Source: a candidate division FCPU426 bacterium
Lineage (GTDB): Bacteria > Oederibacteriota > Muellerivitia > Muellerivitales > Muellerivitaceae
Direction: 5' to 3'
DNA length: 64,000 nucleotides
Assembly (NCBI GenBank): GCA_963847625.1
Contig: CAWKAR010000006.1
Coordinates: forward strand, 1-64,000
The notes below the pieces were generated by a model. The model had not been told where the DNA came from and did not search any database. It saw nothing but the letters and a program-made list of their open reading frames with translations. Of the stretch, positions 1 through 9,858 are shown one piece after another; position 1 is the first letter of the stretch, and every line of letters begins with the position of its first letter. The position numbers and the translations under genes are program-made.

Positions 1-1053
1 CCGAGTTCCATAAGTAAGTGCAACACTTAGTGTCTGAAGAAGGCCGCATGAATAGGATATGCGGCTATGAAAAAGAAATACAAGCATTTAAGCGTTGAAG
101 AAAGAGATCATTTATCCGTCTTGAAAGGAAAGGGTCTTAGCCTTCGAGCAATTTCACGCGCCTTGAAGAGGTCTCCTTCCACCCTCTCCAGGGAACTCAA
201 GCGCAATGCTCCCCCTATCCGTTCTGGTTATTATCTTTCTCATCGAGCCCATCAACGGTATGTTGACCGCAACCAACAACGAGCACGCCGTTTACGCCTG
301 AAAACAAAACGAATTCGTGCCTACGTCCGTCGTCAATTGAAACGAGGCTGGTCTCCAGAACTCATTTCAGGTCGATTAGGTCACCTACGGCCTAAGCAAA
401 CCATTGGTCCTGAAGCTATCTATCAGTGGGTTTATGCTGAAGCCACTGAGCTGATTCCTTGCCTAGTTCGACACCACCGGCGACGATTCTCATTTGGCCA
501 TAGCCGTAAGCACGCCAAAAACCATATCCCAGGCCGTGTTTCCATCGATAAGCGCTCCGAGATCGCCAATCAACGCAAGCAATTCGGCCATTGGGAAACC
601 GACACCATGGTCTCTCGTCAGAGTAAAGTGGCTATGCGGGCTCTCGTCGAGCGTCAAAGCCGTTTTTCCAAGTTGGGAAAGCTCAAACGAAAGACCGCTC
701 GCCAAATGAGTCATAGCCTCAACCGCGCTTTATGCCGCTTCCCTCAAGACGCCCGCCTGAGTCTGACCTATGACAACGGAACCGAAAACACCAACCACTT
801 GGAAACCAACCACGTGCTTGGTACAAAATCCTTTTTCTGCGCCCCTTTCCACAGTTGGGAAAAAGGTACGGTGGAAAATACTATCGGTCTTGTCCGCCGC
901 CATTTGCCTAAAAAGACTGATCTTGCTAAAGTGTCCTTCAAAGAATTCAGGACCATAGAAAGATGGCTCAATAACAGGCCCAGGAAATGTTTGGGCTTTA
1001 AAACTCCGGCGGAAGTCTTCCGGCGAAGTGTTGCACTTACTCCGTGAATTCGG
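1..1053 (+). mobile_element. IS30-family insertion sequence
   Basis: Imperfect terminal inverted repeats at 1-28 (ccgagttccataagtaagtgcaacactt) and 1026-1053 match at 23/28 by hand count and enclose the transposase. The left flank lies outside the window. Confidence 0.9.
67..1047 (+). CDS. IS30-family transposase
   Basis: N-terminal HTH (SLRAISRALKRSPSTLSRELKRN), WSPE, GHWETDT, TYDNGTE, WEKGTVENTIG and LNNRPRKCLGFKTP motifs typical of IS30 DDE transposases. Confidence 0.95.
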   Translation: MKKKYKHLSVEERDHLSVLKGKGLSLRAISRALKRSPSTLSRELKRNAPPIRSGYYLSHRAHQRYVDRNQQRARRLRLKTKRIRAYVRRQLKRGWSPELISGRLGHLRPKQTIGPEAIYQWVYAEATELIPCLVRHHRRRFSFGHSRKHAKNHIPGRVSIDKRSEIANQRKQFGHWETDTMVSRQSKVAMRALVERQSRFSKLGKLKRKTARQMSHSLNRALCRFPQDARLSLTYDNGTENTNHLETNHVLGTKSFFCAPFHSWEKGTVENTIGLVRRHLPKKTDLAKVSFKEFRTIERWLNNRPRKCLGFKTPAEVFRRSVALTP

Positions 1054-1317
1054 CGTGCTTAATTATTAATTAGCCGCGAAAAGCGGGTTATTCACCACTT
1101 GGTTAACTTATTAGTAAAACAAAGGGGTTGTTCCTGGAACGAAACAGAAGCCCGATTTTTTAGATAAGCCCATCCCAGGATTCCGAAGCCCAGGAACCCC
1201 GCCGCCAGTTTAATTAAGGGGCCAGTTCATGGAGGAGTAAGCAGTAGGACGTTGAGCGCCGTTAAGAGCGTGAAGTTGACGATTGGCATGGAAAAAAGGG
1301 CGGCCAAGGATACCCCC

Positions 1318-1734
1318 TTAACTTCTTGTCTTTTTTTGGTAGTACGCGATAAAGCCGGCCGGATCGAAAACGCGGATACCCCTGCATTGCTTGGGCGGGA
1401 AATGCCGGCTGTTCCCGGTGATCAAGCACTCTGCCCCGCCGGAATATGCCACTTCCAAGAACATTTCATCCGAGACGTCTTGCAAGGGATGGGGAAGGGG
1501 TTCAGCCGCCACTTGGATCCCATCCTTCCGGATTTGAGCCATCAAGGTTTCGATATTTTCGGCATGAAAGTGGAAATGGGGGCGGGACAAGACTTCCCGG
1601 TATTCCGATAAAATCCGGGCGTCATAAAGGAGCTGGACCTTGGCCGAAAGGACCAACCTTACGATTTCAGCGGGACGGCCGAAGGGTGAAAGAAACCCCG
1701 AGACAAAAACATTGGTATCAACAACGGCCTTCAC
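1318..1734 (-). CDS. PIN-domain toxin (VapC-like, PIN_3 type)
   Basis: VVDTNVFVSG start, D..D..FLE.A and LITGN.RHF motifs. Its start overlaps the antitoxin stop (1731-1734). Confidence 0.9.
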   Translation of the reverse strand: MKAVVDTNVFVSGFLSPFGRPAEIVRLVLSAKVQLLYDARILSEYREVLSRPHFHFHAENIETLMAQIRKDGIQVAAEPLPHPLQDVSDEMFLEVAYSGGAECLITGNSRHFPPKQCRGIRVFDPAGFIAYYQKKTRS

Positions 1735-2018
1735 TTCTTGCGGGACCGACGAACCGCCGCGATCTCGGCGTTGATTTCACCTTGGGTCATCTTATCCAAC
1801 CCTCGCTCCACGGATTGCGCCTGCATTTGCTCCATGGCGTCGATGGCCCGGGAGCGCCGGATGGAGGCCAGGGACTTCTCGATGTTTTCCTCGGTGATGG
1901 AGGATAAAAGGGCGATGGGCTTACCATTGTTCGTCAGCACCAGGTCCTTCTCGGAAGCCAGGTTCTTCCAAACCTGGCCGGATTTGGCCCTTAAATCCCG
2001 GACGGTCACGAATTTCAT
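1731..2018 (-). CDS. Phd/YefM-family antitoxin
   Basis: 95 aa with MKFVTVRDLR...LVLTNNGKPIALL, directly upstream of the PIN gene. Confidence 0.88.
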   Translation of the reverse strand: MKFVTVRDLRAKSGQVWKNLASEKDLVLTNNGKPIALLSSITEENIEKSLASIRRSRAIDAMEQMQAQSVERGLDKMTQGEINAEIAAVRRSRKK

Positions 2019-2031
2019 GAAATTCCTCCGC

Positions 2032-2072
2032 TGTTGCCAATAGTATACCTAATTGTATTCCAATTGGCAACA
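2032..2072 (-). promoter_or_regulatory. sigma70 promoter with inverted-repeat operator of the TA operon
   Basis: Minus-strand TTGCCA (2065-2070), 17 bp spacer, TATACT (2042-2047). A perfect 10 bp inverted repeat, tgttgccaat (2032-2041) / attggcaaca (2063-2072), brackets it. Confidence 0.75.
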
Positions 2073-2117
2073 AACCGGGAACTTTTCCGCCGTCAGCGGC
2101 AAGCCCTTGGGTTTTAA

Positions 2118-2837
2118 CTATTCCACGATCTTGTATTTCTTCCGGATTTCAGGTTCCGGCAGGGCATTGTAGTGCCACCATTCATGGGAAAGCTGGAGAA
2201 ACCCGGCTTCGGTCATGACTTTCCTGAGGATCAACCGGTTTTCCAACTGCTTCTTGGTTAACTTCCCTTCCTTCAAAAACTTTTCCTCCAGCCGGGGCTC
2301 GGACAATTCGGTAAAGGAATCAAACCCCGTGCCCATATCCAATACTTTCCCCTTCGCGTTCAAAAGGCTTAGGTCCAGCGCCATGCCGTAGTTATGAGGA
2401 GACCCGATCTCGGCGTTGGCCACGTATTTGCGCTGGGGGGTGTCCTTTACTTTGTTCCACATGATCCATTGCACCGAATGGGGCCGGAGGGCGTCGAATA
2501 CGACGAAGGACCATCCTGGTTTTTCCCTTTGGAGAATTTCAACGGCCCTTCGGAACTTGCCCGCCGCGTCCTGGTGGAGAAACGCCTTGTTAAAAGGTCC
2601 GTACAGGTTGAAACCCATGAAATTGGCAGGGGTGGCGTATCTCAAATCGATTCGGACATGGGAGAAAGCCGAGAGATCGACGTAATGCTTGTCCTTTTCC
2701 AAATTTTTCAAGGAATCCGCCGGGGAAATAGGTTTTGAAGGTTGAGAAGTTGCATGTTTTTTTTGATCCGCGCCGGTCAAAACAGGGGAACACAAGAGGG
2801 CGAAAAACAGGGTCAAAATGAAAAATTTTATTTTCAT
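2118..2837 (-). CDS. D-Ala-D-Ala dipeptidase, M15D (VanX/DdpX-like), with signal peptide
   Basis: IDLRYAT.ANF, DALRP, SPHNYGMALD (SxHxxGxAxD) and EWWH zinc motifs. Start placed at MKIKFF. Confidence 0.9.
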   Translation of the reverse strand: MKIKFFILTLFFALLCSPVLTGADQKKHATSQPSKPISPADSLKNLEKDKHYVDLSAFSHVRIDLRYATPANFMGFNLYGPFNKAFLHQDAAGKFRRAVEILQREKPGWSFVVFDALRPHSVQWIMWNKVKDTPQRKYVANAEIGSPHNYGMALDLSLLNAKGKVLDMGTGFDSFTELSEPRLEEKFLKEGKLTKKQLENRLILRKVMTEAGFLQLSHEWWHYNALPEPEIRKKYKIVE

Positions 2838-2856
2838 ACGGAAAAATCCCAATTGC

Positions 2857-3333
2857 TTAACGCGGGGCCCCATTCACCTGCTCCACCGCCTGGCGGATCA
2901 CAGGCTTCAGGACGTCCAGGGCGTCCTTGGTGGCGGTGGGAGTTCCCGGGAGATTGACAATCAGGGTCTTTCCGCGGATTCCCGCCGCTCCCCGGGTCAG
3001 GGAGTTCGTGGGCGTTTTCTCATAAGCCTTCACCCGGATCATCTCGGCCAGGCCCGGGATCCATTTCTCGCAAATTTGGAACATGGCCTCGGGGACGTGG
3101 TCTTTTTCCTGGATTCCGATCCCGTCCACGGTGAAAACCAGGTCCACTTTCCCGCTGTCAACCACCTGGCAAAGGAATTGGGTCACGGCCTCCTGGTTGT
3201 CGCCCAAAGTTTGCCGCTGGACCAATTCCCAACCCATCTTCCGGCAGGTGGTATCCAGGATTTCCCCGCATTCGTCATGGGCCCCCGATAAGTACCGGTC
3301 CCCTACGGTCAAGACGACGACTTGAATGGCCAT
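2857..3333 (-). CDS. MogA/MoaB-family molybdenum cofactor biosynthesis protein (divergent)
   Basis: LTVGDR, KDHVPEA, IPGLAEMIR and RGAAGIRGKTLIVNLPG motifs. The usual GGTG motif reads DGIG. Confidence 0.85.
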   Translation of the reverse strand: MAIQVVVLTVGDRYLSGAHDECGEILDTTCRKMGWELVQRQTLGDNQEAVTQFLCQVVDSGKVDLVFTVDGIGIQEKDHVPEAMFQICEKWIPGLAEMIRVKAYEKTPTNSLTRGAAGIRGKTLIVNLPGTPTATKDALDVLKPVIRQAVEQVNGAPR

Positions 3334-3449
3334 AATATTTTCCCTTCCCATCGATATTAACCAATGACGGCCTTACCGGGACAACAGGGTTATTTTTACG
3401 CTTTCCAACCTTCCATTCAATCTTTTTGGAAGGTCACTCTTTTACCATT

Positions 3450-5498
3450 TTACTTGGCCGCCCGGGGAGCCAAAGCCTGGGCCTTGGCGTAGCACTGCTT
3501 TGCCGATTCCGTTTGGCCCGCTTTTTCATATAGGCTTCCCATCAGCCGGATCACCCCGGGATTCGAGGGGTTCAAATCCGACGCGGTTTTCAATAACTCC
3601 AGTGCCTCCGGCTTTTTCTTGAGGTCCAGATATATTTCAGCCAGCTTCAAGTAACAAAACGGCTCCTTTGGAAGGATTATGATGCCTTTCTTGTACGCCG
3701 CGACGGCTTCCCGCTTTCTTCCGGTCTTCAGGTAAAGGGATGCCAGCGTGTCCAGGTATTCGGGATTGAAAGGATCCAGCCGGTTGGCGGATTGGAAGGC
3801 TTTTTCCGCGTCACGGGAAGATCCCTGCTCCCAATAGGTCATGCCAAGGTCGAAATAAGCCAATGCGTTGTCGGGTTTTTCTTTCAGGGCCTCCTGGGCC
3901 TCGGCCAGGGCCTCCTTTCTCATGCCACTGCGCTCATAGGCGTACCAGAGATCGTGGCGCAGTTGATCCTGGGGAAACTCCTTGACCGTGGCGTTGATTT
4001 TTATGGCCTCCTTGAGTTCTTCGATGGCCTCTGAGATCTCCCCCTTGACCATATGGATGTACCCTATCCGCTCATGGGTGGAGACCTGGGCCGGGGGAAT
4101 GGCTTGGGCCTTTTTGAATTCCGCCAATGCCTCATCCTTCTTCCCCGCGCTCAGCAGGAGGTTGCCGTTATTCAACAGGACGTCCCGGGTCTCCGCCGGA
4201 TAAACCCTTGCCAAACTGGCCCAAACGGTTTGGGCATCCTTCCAAATCCCGATCTGCCTAACGGTCCCGAAACCCAGCAGTAACGCCAGGGCCGCAATCA
4301 GAACCCCGAAAAGCTTCCGGCGCCCGGAAAACAAAACCGCCGCTCCCGCCGAAAAGGGCAGGAACAAACCCAAGCTGGGGAGATAGGTATAACGGTCCCC
4401 TGCCGCAAAGCTTCCGATTTGGACAATGCCGATCACGGGCGCGAGCGTAATGAGGTAATACGCCCAAGCGGCGGCTAGGAAAGGGAATTTTTTCCTGTAA
4501 AAATAACAGGCGAAGGAGATCAGAATGACGAGAAGAGCCGAAAAGAAAACCTCCAGGAAATATGAGCTGTCCACCTGGTGGGGGAAAGGATAAACCGGCA
4601 CCAACTCCAGCGGCGCGGCCATCTTATATAAGTAGAAAACCAGGGAATGAAAAATGTGCGCGGTCCGGAATAGGAGTGTGAAGTTGGGGTTGATTAATTT
4701 GATTTGTCCCATTTCCAACCGGGTGACCAGGCTGAACGCCAAGGCCAGGATGAAGAAGGGGATTTTTTCGACTAACGCCTTTCTGAAACCGTCCTGGAAA
4801 CGCCGGAGGGGCCAAAAATCCAGGATCAGGAAAACCAGGGGCAGGGTGATGGCCATGGGCTTGGACATCAGGGCCAGCAGGTACAAGCCCAGGCAGGCAT
4901 GGAGTTTCCATCCCTTCCGGCCCAGGGTAGTGCTGTAATCCAGGTATATATAGAGGGCTAACAGGTAAAAAAAGGAATAAAGGACGTCTTTTCTTTCCGA
5001 GGCCCAAGCCACGGATTCCACATGGATGGGGTGCAGGCCGAAAAGAAGGGCGGCCAGCAGAGCCGCCGGAATATACCCTTGCTTAACCCCGGTTTCTTCA
5101 ACTCCATTGGAATTCAACGGTGCGAATCCCAAAAGCCGCCGGCAGAGCAGAAAAACCAAAAACGTATTCAAGGCGTGAAGAAGGACATTGGTGAGGTGAT
5201 AAATCCAGGGATTCAAGCCCCCCATCCAAAAGTTCAACGCGTCGGAAAACCAGGTGAGGGGCATCCAATATCCCGCCAGGTTCGTCGTCAGCATCCAGCG
5301 AAGGGAATCCGGCCCCAGGGAACGGATGGCGGGGTTGTTCGTGATGTTCTCGGGATCGTCCAGGTCCACGAAACCGTTGTCCAGCACCGGAAGGTAAAAC
5401 AGGACCACGGCCAGGGCGGGAATCAGGCCGAAAACCCAAACCGGAATATTATTGGCGGAGACCGGCTTTAAATCCGATTCCAAATATTCCTCCCTCAA
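3450..5498 (-). CDS. TMTC-like GT-C membrane protein with C-terminal TPR repeats
   Basis: FVDLDD loop after the first TM segment, LHPIHVESVAWASERKD, SKPMAITLP, DRYTYLP, many TM segments, then TPRs. Confidence 0.8.
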   Translation of the reverse strand: MREEYLESDLKPVSANNIPVWVFGLIPALAVVLFYLPVLDNGFVDLDDPENITNNPAIRSLGPDSLRWMLTTNLAGYWMPLTWFSDALNFWMGGLNPWIYHLTNVLLHALNTFLVFLLCRRLLGFAPLNSNGVEETGVKQGYIPAALLAALLFGLHPIHVESVAWASERKDVLYSFFYLLALYIYLDYSTTLGRKGWKLHACLGLYLLALMSKPMAITLPLVFLILDFWPLRRFQDGFRKALVEKIPFFILALAFSLVTRLEMGQIKLINPNFTLLFRTAHIFHSLVFYLYKMAAPLELVPVYPFPHQVDSSYFLEVFFSALLVILISFACYFYRKKFPFLAAAWAYYLITLAPVIGIVQIGSFAAGDRYTYLPSLGLFLPFSAGAAVLFSGRRKLFGVLIAALALLLGFGTVRQIGIWKDAQTVWASLARVYPAETRDVLLNNGNLLLSAGKKDEALAEFKKAQAIPPAQVSTHERIGYIHMVKGEISEAIEELKEAIKINATVKEFPQDQLRHDLWYAYERSGMRKEALAEAQEALKEKPDNALAYFDLGMTYWEQGSSRDAEKAFQSANRLDPFNPEYLDTLASLYLKTGRKREAVAAYKKGIIILPKEPFCYLKLAEIYLDLKKKPEALELLKTASDLNPSNPGVIRLMGSLYEKAGQTESAKQCYAKAQALAPRAAK

Positions 5499-5595
5499 AA
5501 TCGTTCGGTTTTACACCCGATATTAACCCGGATTTTTCGGATGAAATTTCATCTGAGTATAATAAGATATCGCTCGGCTCCAGAAAAAGGATTTC

Positions 5596-7818
5596 ATGAC
5601 CCACCCCTCGATTCGCCGGATTTCTTCCATTTTCTTTTTCGTCTCCGGTTTTTGCGGTTTGCTCTACCAGGTCGTCTGGCTGCGCCTGGCCTTCGCCCGC
5701 TTTGGGATAAACACCCCCGTGCTCTCGGTGGTGATTTCGGTCTTCATGGCGGGTCTCGCCCTGGGGTCCTGGCTGGGCGGCCGCCTTTCCGGCGGCTGGG
5801 CGTCAAACAACGGCGCCCTTCCCCTGCGTTATTACGGTGCAATCGAATTGCTTACGGGACTCGGCGCCTTTTTGGTTCCGCGCCTATTTGATGGGGGGGC
5901 ATTTCTTTTGCTCCCCCTCGGAAGCGCCGATTCCGGCGCCTATCTTTTTTCGTCCGCACTGGTCCTTTTGTTCTCGCTCCTGCCTTGGTGCTTTTTCATG
6001 GGAACCACCTTCCCTTTCATGACCGCCTTCCTCAAGACCGCCTTCTCTTCGGAAGAAGGCTTCAGCTTTCTTTATAACGCAAATGTCCTGGGGGCCATGA
6101 CCGGGGTCCTGGTCACGGCGGTCGTCCTGATCGAATGCCTGGGATTCCGCGGGACCCTGCTCCTGGGCGCCTTTTTGAACGCACTCATCGGCTTGGCTTC
6201 CCTCTGGATGAGCCGGAATCTTCCCAAGTCCTCACCAGTTCTCGATGCGGAACTTTCCCGTCCCATCCCGATACCCGAAGCGGAAAAATCCACCCCTTAT
6301 TTATCTATTCTTTTCACCACCGGTTTCGTCTCCATGGCCCTGGAGGTTGTTTGGACGAGGTCATACACCATCGTTTTAAATTCCTTTGTCTATTCCTTCG
6401 CCGGTCTTTTGTTTTCCTACCTGCTCGCCACTTTCTTCGGCACTTGGTTTTACCGGTGGCATTTGAAACAAGGCAAACTATTTTCGACTCCCTCCCTGCT
6501 GGGAGCCGTTTTCGCTTTTTCTTTCCTGCCTTCCTTCCTCAACGACGCCCGCCTTTCCCTTCACTTCATCAAACCCTTGGCCAGCCTGATGCCCATGTGC
6601 GCGGTTTGGGGATACCTCACTCCGAAACTGGTCGATCAATTTTCAAAGGGGAACCCGCGGACTGTGGGAAAAGCCTATGCCGCGAACGTGCTGGGGTGCA
6701 TTTGGGGGCCTCTCGCGGCTTCTTACCTTCTCCTGCCCGAATTTTCCTGCCGCCAGGCCATGATTCTCCTTTCCCTGCCGCTGGGCCTGTTCTTTATTCA
6801 TTCCATCCGGAATAAATCCGGCCGGAGCAATCCGGCGCTTGCCTGGGCCGCAGTTTCCCTGGTTTTTTTCATCTCGGTTTTTAACCTGCTGGATTACGAG
6901 GAGGGGTACCGCTATGCCGACCCCAAGTCCATCGTGTACCGGGACTACGCGGCGTGCACGGTGGCCAGGGGCTCGGGAATGGAAAAACTTCTTTTCGTCA
7001 ACGGCATTAAGGTCACCGGCCTGGTCCCCTCCACCAAGATCATGGCCCACCTCCCCCTGGTGTTGCTTTCCCATCCGCCCCGGTCCGTTTTGGACATCTG
7101 TTTCGGAATGGGCACCACCTTCCGCTCCTTGATGAGTTGGGGGGTTCCCACAACCGCGGTGGAACTGGTCCCGAGCGTGCTCAAAACCTTCCCCTTCTTT
7201 CATTCCAACGCCCAAGTGCTTGTTTCCAATCCCAGCGCCCGCCTGGTGGCGGATGATGGACGGCGGTTCCTTCAAAGAACCGGCGAGTCTTTCGACCTGA
7301 TTACCATCGATCCCCCGCCGCCGGTGGAAGCCGCCGGCTCCAGCCTGCTTTATTCCACGGGCTTCTACGAACAAGCCAAAAAGCACCTGAACCAGGGCGG
7401 CCTGCTCCAGCAATGGATCCCCGCCGCGGAAGTCAAAATCATCCATGCGGTTTGCCGTTCCCTCGTTCTTTCTTTCCCCTATGTCCGGGTTTTCGGTTAT
7501 CCCAACGGAATTGGATACCATTTCATCGCTTCCATGTCCCCGATTCCCGATCTTTCCGCGCGGGAGATGGTCCGGAAAATGCCTCCGTCCGCGGAAAAAG
7601 ACCTGATCGAATGGCCGCCCATCCAGGATTCTGAAAAACTCTTCAAGTTTTTCCTGTCCCAGGAAATCGACCCCAAAACGCTGCTGGATCAGGACCCCGG
7701 CGTGGTCGTGACCGATGACCAGCCCTATAACGAGTATTTCCTGGTCAGGCGGTTCGGGGACTGGTGGAATAAGACTGATTCTTTGACGCAAAATTCCGTC
7801 AAGAGTATTTCCTGGTGA
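5596..7818 (+). CDS. Membrane-fused spermidine synthase-like protein (MFS-like N-terminus plus SAM-dependent domain)
   Basis: Two repeats of SG...L.(Q/E)VVW.R membrane units, then VLDICFGMG, AVELVP, DDGRRFL and DLITIDPPPP. Confidence 0.85.
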   Translation: MTHPSIRRISSIFFFVSGFCGLLYQVVWLRLAFARFGINTPVLSVVISVFMAGLALGSWLGGRLSGGWASNNGALPLRYYGAIELLTGLGAFLVPRLFDGGAFLLLPLGSADSGAYLFSSALVLLFSLLPWCFFMGTTFPFMTAFLKTAFSSEEGFSFLYNANVLGAMTGVLVTAVVLIECLGFRGTLLLGAFLNALIGLASLWMSRNLPKSSPVLDAELSRPIPIPEAEKSTPYLSILFTTGFVSMALEVVWTRSYTIVLNSFVYSFAGLLFSYLLATFFGTWFYRWHLKQGKLFSTPSLLGAVFAFSFLPSFLNDARLSLHFIKPLASLMPMCAVWGYLTPKLVDQFSKGNPRTVGKAYAANVLGCIWGPLAASYLLLPEFSCRQAMILLSLPLGLFFIHSIRNKSGRSNPALAWAAVSLVFFISVFNLLDYEEGYRYADPKSIVYRDYAACTVARGSGMEKLLFVNGIKVTGLVPSTKIMAHLPLVLLSHPPRSVLDICFGMGTTFRSLMSWGVPTTAVELVPSVLKTFPFFHSNAQVLVSNPSARLVADDGRRFLQRTGESFDLITIDPPPPVEAAGSSLLYSTGFYEQAKKHLNQGGLLQQWIPAAEVKIIHAVCRSLVLSFPYVRVFGYPNGIGYHFIASMSPIPDLSAREMVRKMPPSAEKDLIEWPPIQDSEKLFKFFLSQEIDPKTLLDQDPGVVVTDDQPYNEYFLVRRFGDWWNKTDSLTQNSVKSISW

Positions 7819-7907
7819 TGGTTCACGGTTTTCATCGTCTTTTTTAGATCATAAGACGGCGCTCTAAATTCCATTCAAGAAAGAACGCCTTCCGTTATAA
7901 TTCCCCA

Positions 7908-9836
7908 ATGGTTCCAACTTCCCCTTCCGAAAACCCCGCTCCAACTGCCGGTCCCGACCGCTCCTTAAAAATTAATCCCTGGTTTTACGCCCTCCTTTCC
8001 TGCTTCCTCCTGCTCGTTTTTTTCGGGGCCAGGCTCATCAACGATTTCGACTTGGGTTACCACCTAAAGGGGGGCCAGTGGATCCTGGAAAACCACACCT
8101 TCCCTTCCAAAGACACTTATACCTATACCGTCCCGGACCATGACTACGTGGACCTCCATTGGCTGTACCAGGTACCCCTCTATCTGCTTTACCGCCTCGG
8201 CGGTTATTCCCTCCTGTCCCTGACGAACATCGCTGCCCTTTTGCTGGTTTTTTTCATCACCTACCGGCGACTCCGGTTGACGGGCGCCCCCCTGTGGATG
8301 TGCGTGTTGCTGCTGGGAGTCGTCCTCATCGGCTCGGAAATCCGTTTCCAAGTCCGGCCTGAAATCCTCAGCTGGCTGCTGATGTGCCTGACCCTCTGGA
8401 TCCTGGAACTGCGGTTAACCGGCGGGAAAAACCTGCTTTATCTCCTCATCCCGATCCAGGTGGTTTGGGCCAACGTGGAGGGGCTTTTCCTCATCGGTTG
8501 GGGGCTTTTGGCCTTTTACCTGGTCTCGGGTTACCTCCACGCGCGAAAGGCCGACCGGAAGCTCCTGCGCTTTTCCGCCCTGGCCTCGGCCTCCTGCCTG
8601 TTGAACCCCTATTTCATCAAGGGCGTTCTTTTTCCCTTCATTCTTTTGTCCACCCTCGCCACCTCGAATGTCTTCAAGGCCAACATCAACGAGTTCCAAT
8701 CGCCCTGGACCCTGGCCCGGCATTACCCCTTTCCCCCGGACTGGACCCTCTGGGCCTACGAGAGTTTCAGTGTTTTACTTTTATTGCTCCTGATGGCAAC
8801 CTTCAAAAAAAGGAAACTGCACGACTGGCTCCTGGCCGGCAGCTTTTTCTACCTTTCCACGGCCAGCCTCCGGAACATCCCCCTCTTCATGCTTTCCTGC
8901 GCTCCATTGGCGGCCTCTTGCTGGAAGGATTTGAAATGGGAGAAACTCCACAAGATCGCGTCGGCTTTATTCTCCAGGCCCGCTGCCGCCTGGGCCTTCT
9001 CGCTTTTCATGCTGGCGCTCTGCCTGAGGGTCGCCACCGGCGCCTATTACGTCTCTGAGCGCCGGGAGGAAAGGTTCGGGTTGGGCCTGGACGCGGAGAA
9101 ACAGCCGGTGAGGGCCGCCCAATTCCTGGTCCAAAACCGCCTGGAGGGAAGGCTGCTCAACCACATGAACGCCGGGGGATGGCTGGATTGGGCCGCTCCC
9201 CAGAAGGTCTTCATCGACGGGCGCTTGGAGGTGATGGGGGAGAAATTCTTCCGGGAATACATCGAATCCCTGGAGCGAGGGGGGCTGGCCCCCCTCCTGG
9301 CCCGCTACCAGGCCGATATCCTTTTTTTTAATCCCGAGGAAACGCCGACCTGGGTGATGGATCTTAAGGATTTACCGGTTTGGCGGCCGGTTTACCTGGA
9401 TGAATCGGCTGTGATTTGCTTGAGGAAAGACTACGCGCCCCAGGTACCGAAAATGGATGACACATCCATACTGGCTCAAAGGGGAATCGCTCCCGCCATA
9501 TTGGAGGAAAAGCGGACTCTTCTGGAAACCCCGAAGCCTTCGGCTTGGGTTTTATTCTGGCGGGATTTCTGCCAGAAAGACCAATATCCCACCGGGTTGA
9601 ACGTCATCGGGGCTTATTACAATTACTCCGGTAAATTCAATCTGGCGGAGATGGTTTTCCTGGAAAATATCCGGCGCACTCAGGGAAGGTATTACGATTT
9701 GTTTTATAACCTGGGGGCCATGTATTACAGCTCCAAACGGCTGGACGATTCGAAGCTTTGCATCCAAAGGGTCATGCAGGACGTCTCCCATGAAGCGCTC
9801 GCGCGCCAAATCCAGGCAAACCTCCCGCGCCACTAG
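7908..9836 (+). CDS. Polytopic membrane protein, putative GT-C fold, with TPR-like C-terminus
   Basis: DFDLGYHLKGG loop after TM1, RPEILS, WANVEG and VFIDGR motifs, about 10 hydrophobic segments. Confidence 0.55.
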   Translation: MVPTSPSENPAPTAGPDRSLKINPWFYALLSCFLLLVFFGARLINDFDLGYHLKGGQWILENHTFPSKDTYTYTVPDHDYVDLHWLYQVPLYLLYRLGGYSLLSLTNIAALLLVFFITYRRLRLTGAPLWMCVLLLGVVLIGSEIRFQVRPEILSWLLMCLTLWILELRLTGGKNLLYLLIPIQVVWANVEGLFLIGWGLLAFYLVSGYLHARKADRKLLRFSALASASCLLNPYFIKGVLFPFILLSTLATSNVFKANINEFQSPWTLARHYPFPPDWTLWAYESFSVLLLLLLMATFKKRKLHDWLLAGSFFYLSTASLRNIPLFMLSCAPLAASCWKDLKWEKLHKIASALFSRPAAAWAFSLFMLALCLRVATGAYYVSERREERFGLGLDAEKQPVRAAQFLVQNRLEGRLLNHMNAGGWLDWAAPQKVFIDGRLEVMGEKFFREYIESLERGGLAPLLARYQADILFFNPEETPTWVMDLKDLPVWRPVYLDESAVICLRKDYAPQVPKMDDTSILAQRGIAPAILEEKRTLLETPKPSAWVLFWRDFCQKDQYPTGLNVIGAYYNYSGKFNLAEMVFLENIRRTQGRYYDLFYNLGAMYYSSKRLDDSKLCIQRVMQDVSHEALARQIQANLPRH

Positions 9837-9858
9837 AACTAATGGCTCCAGCGGATTC

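Noticed and set aside
2118..2837. Vancomycin resistance cluster
   Set aside because: Only a lone VanX-like peptidase with a signal peptide is present; there is no vanH, vanA or vanRS nearby.
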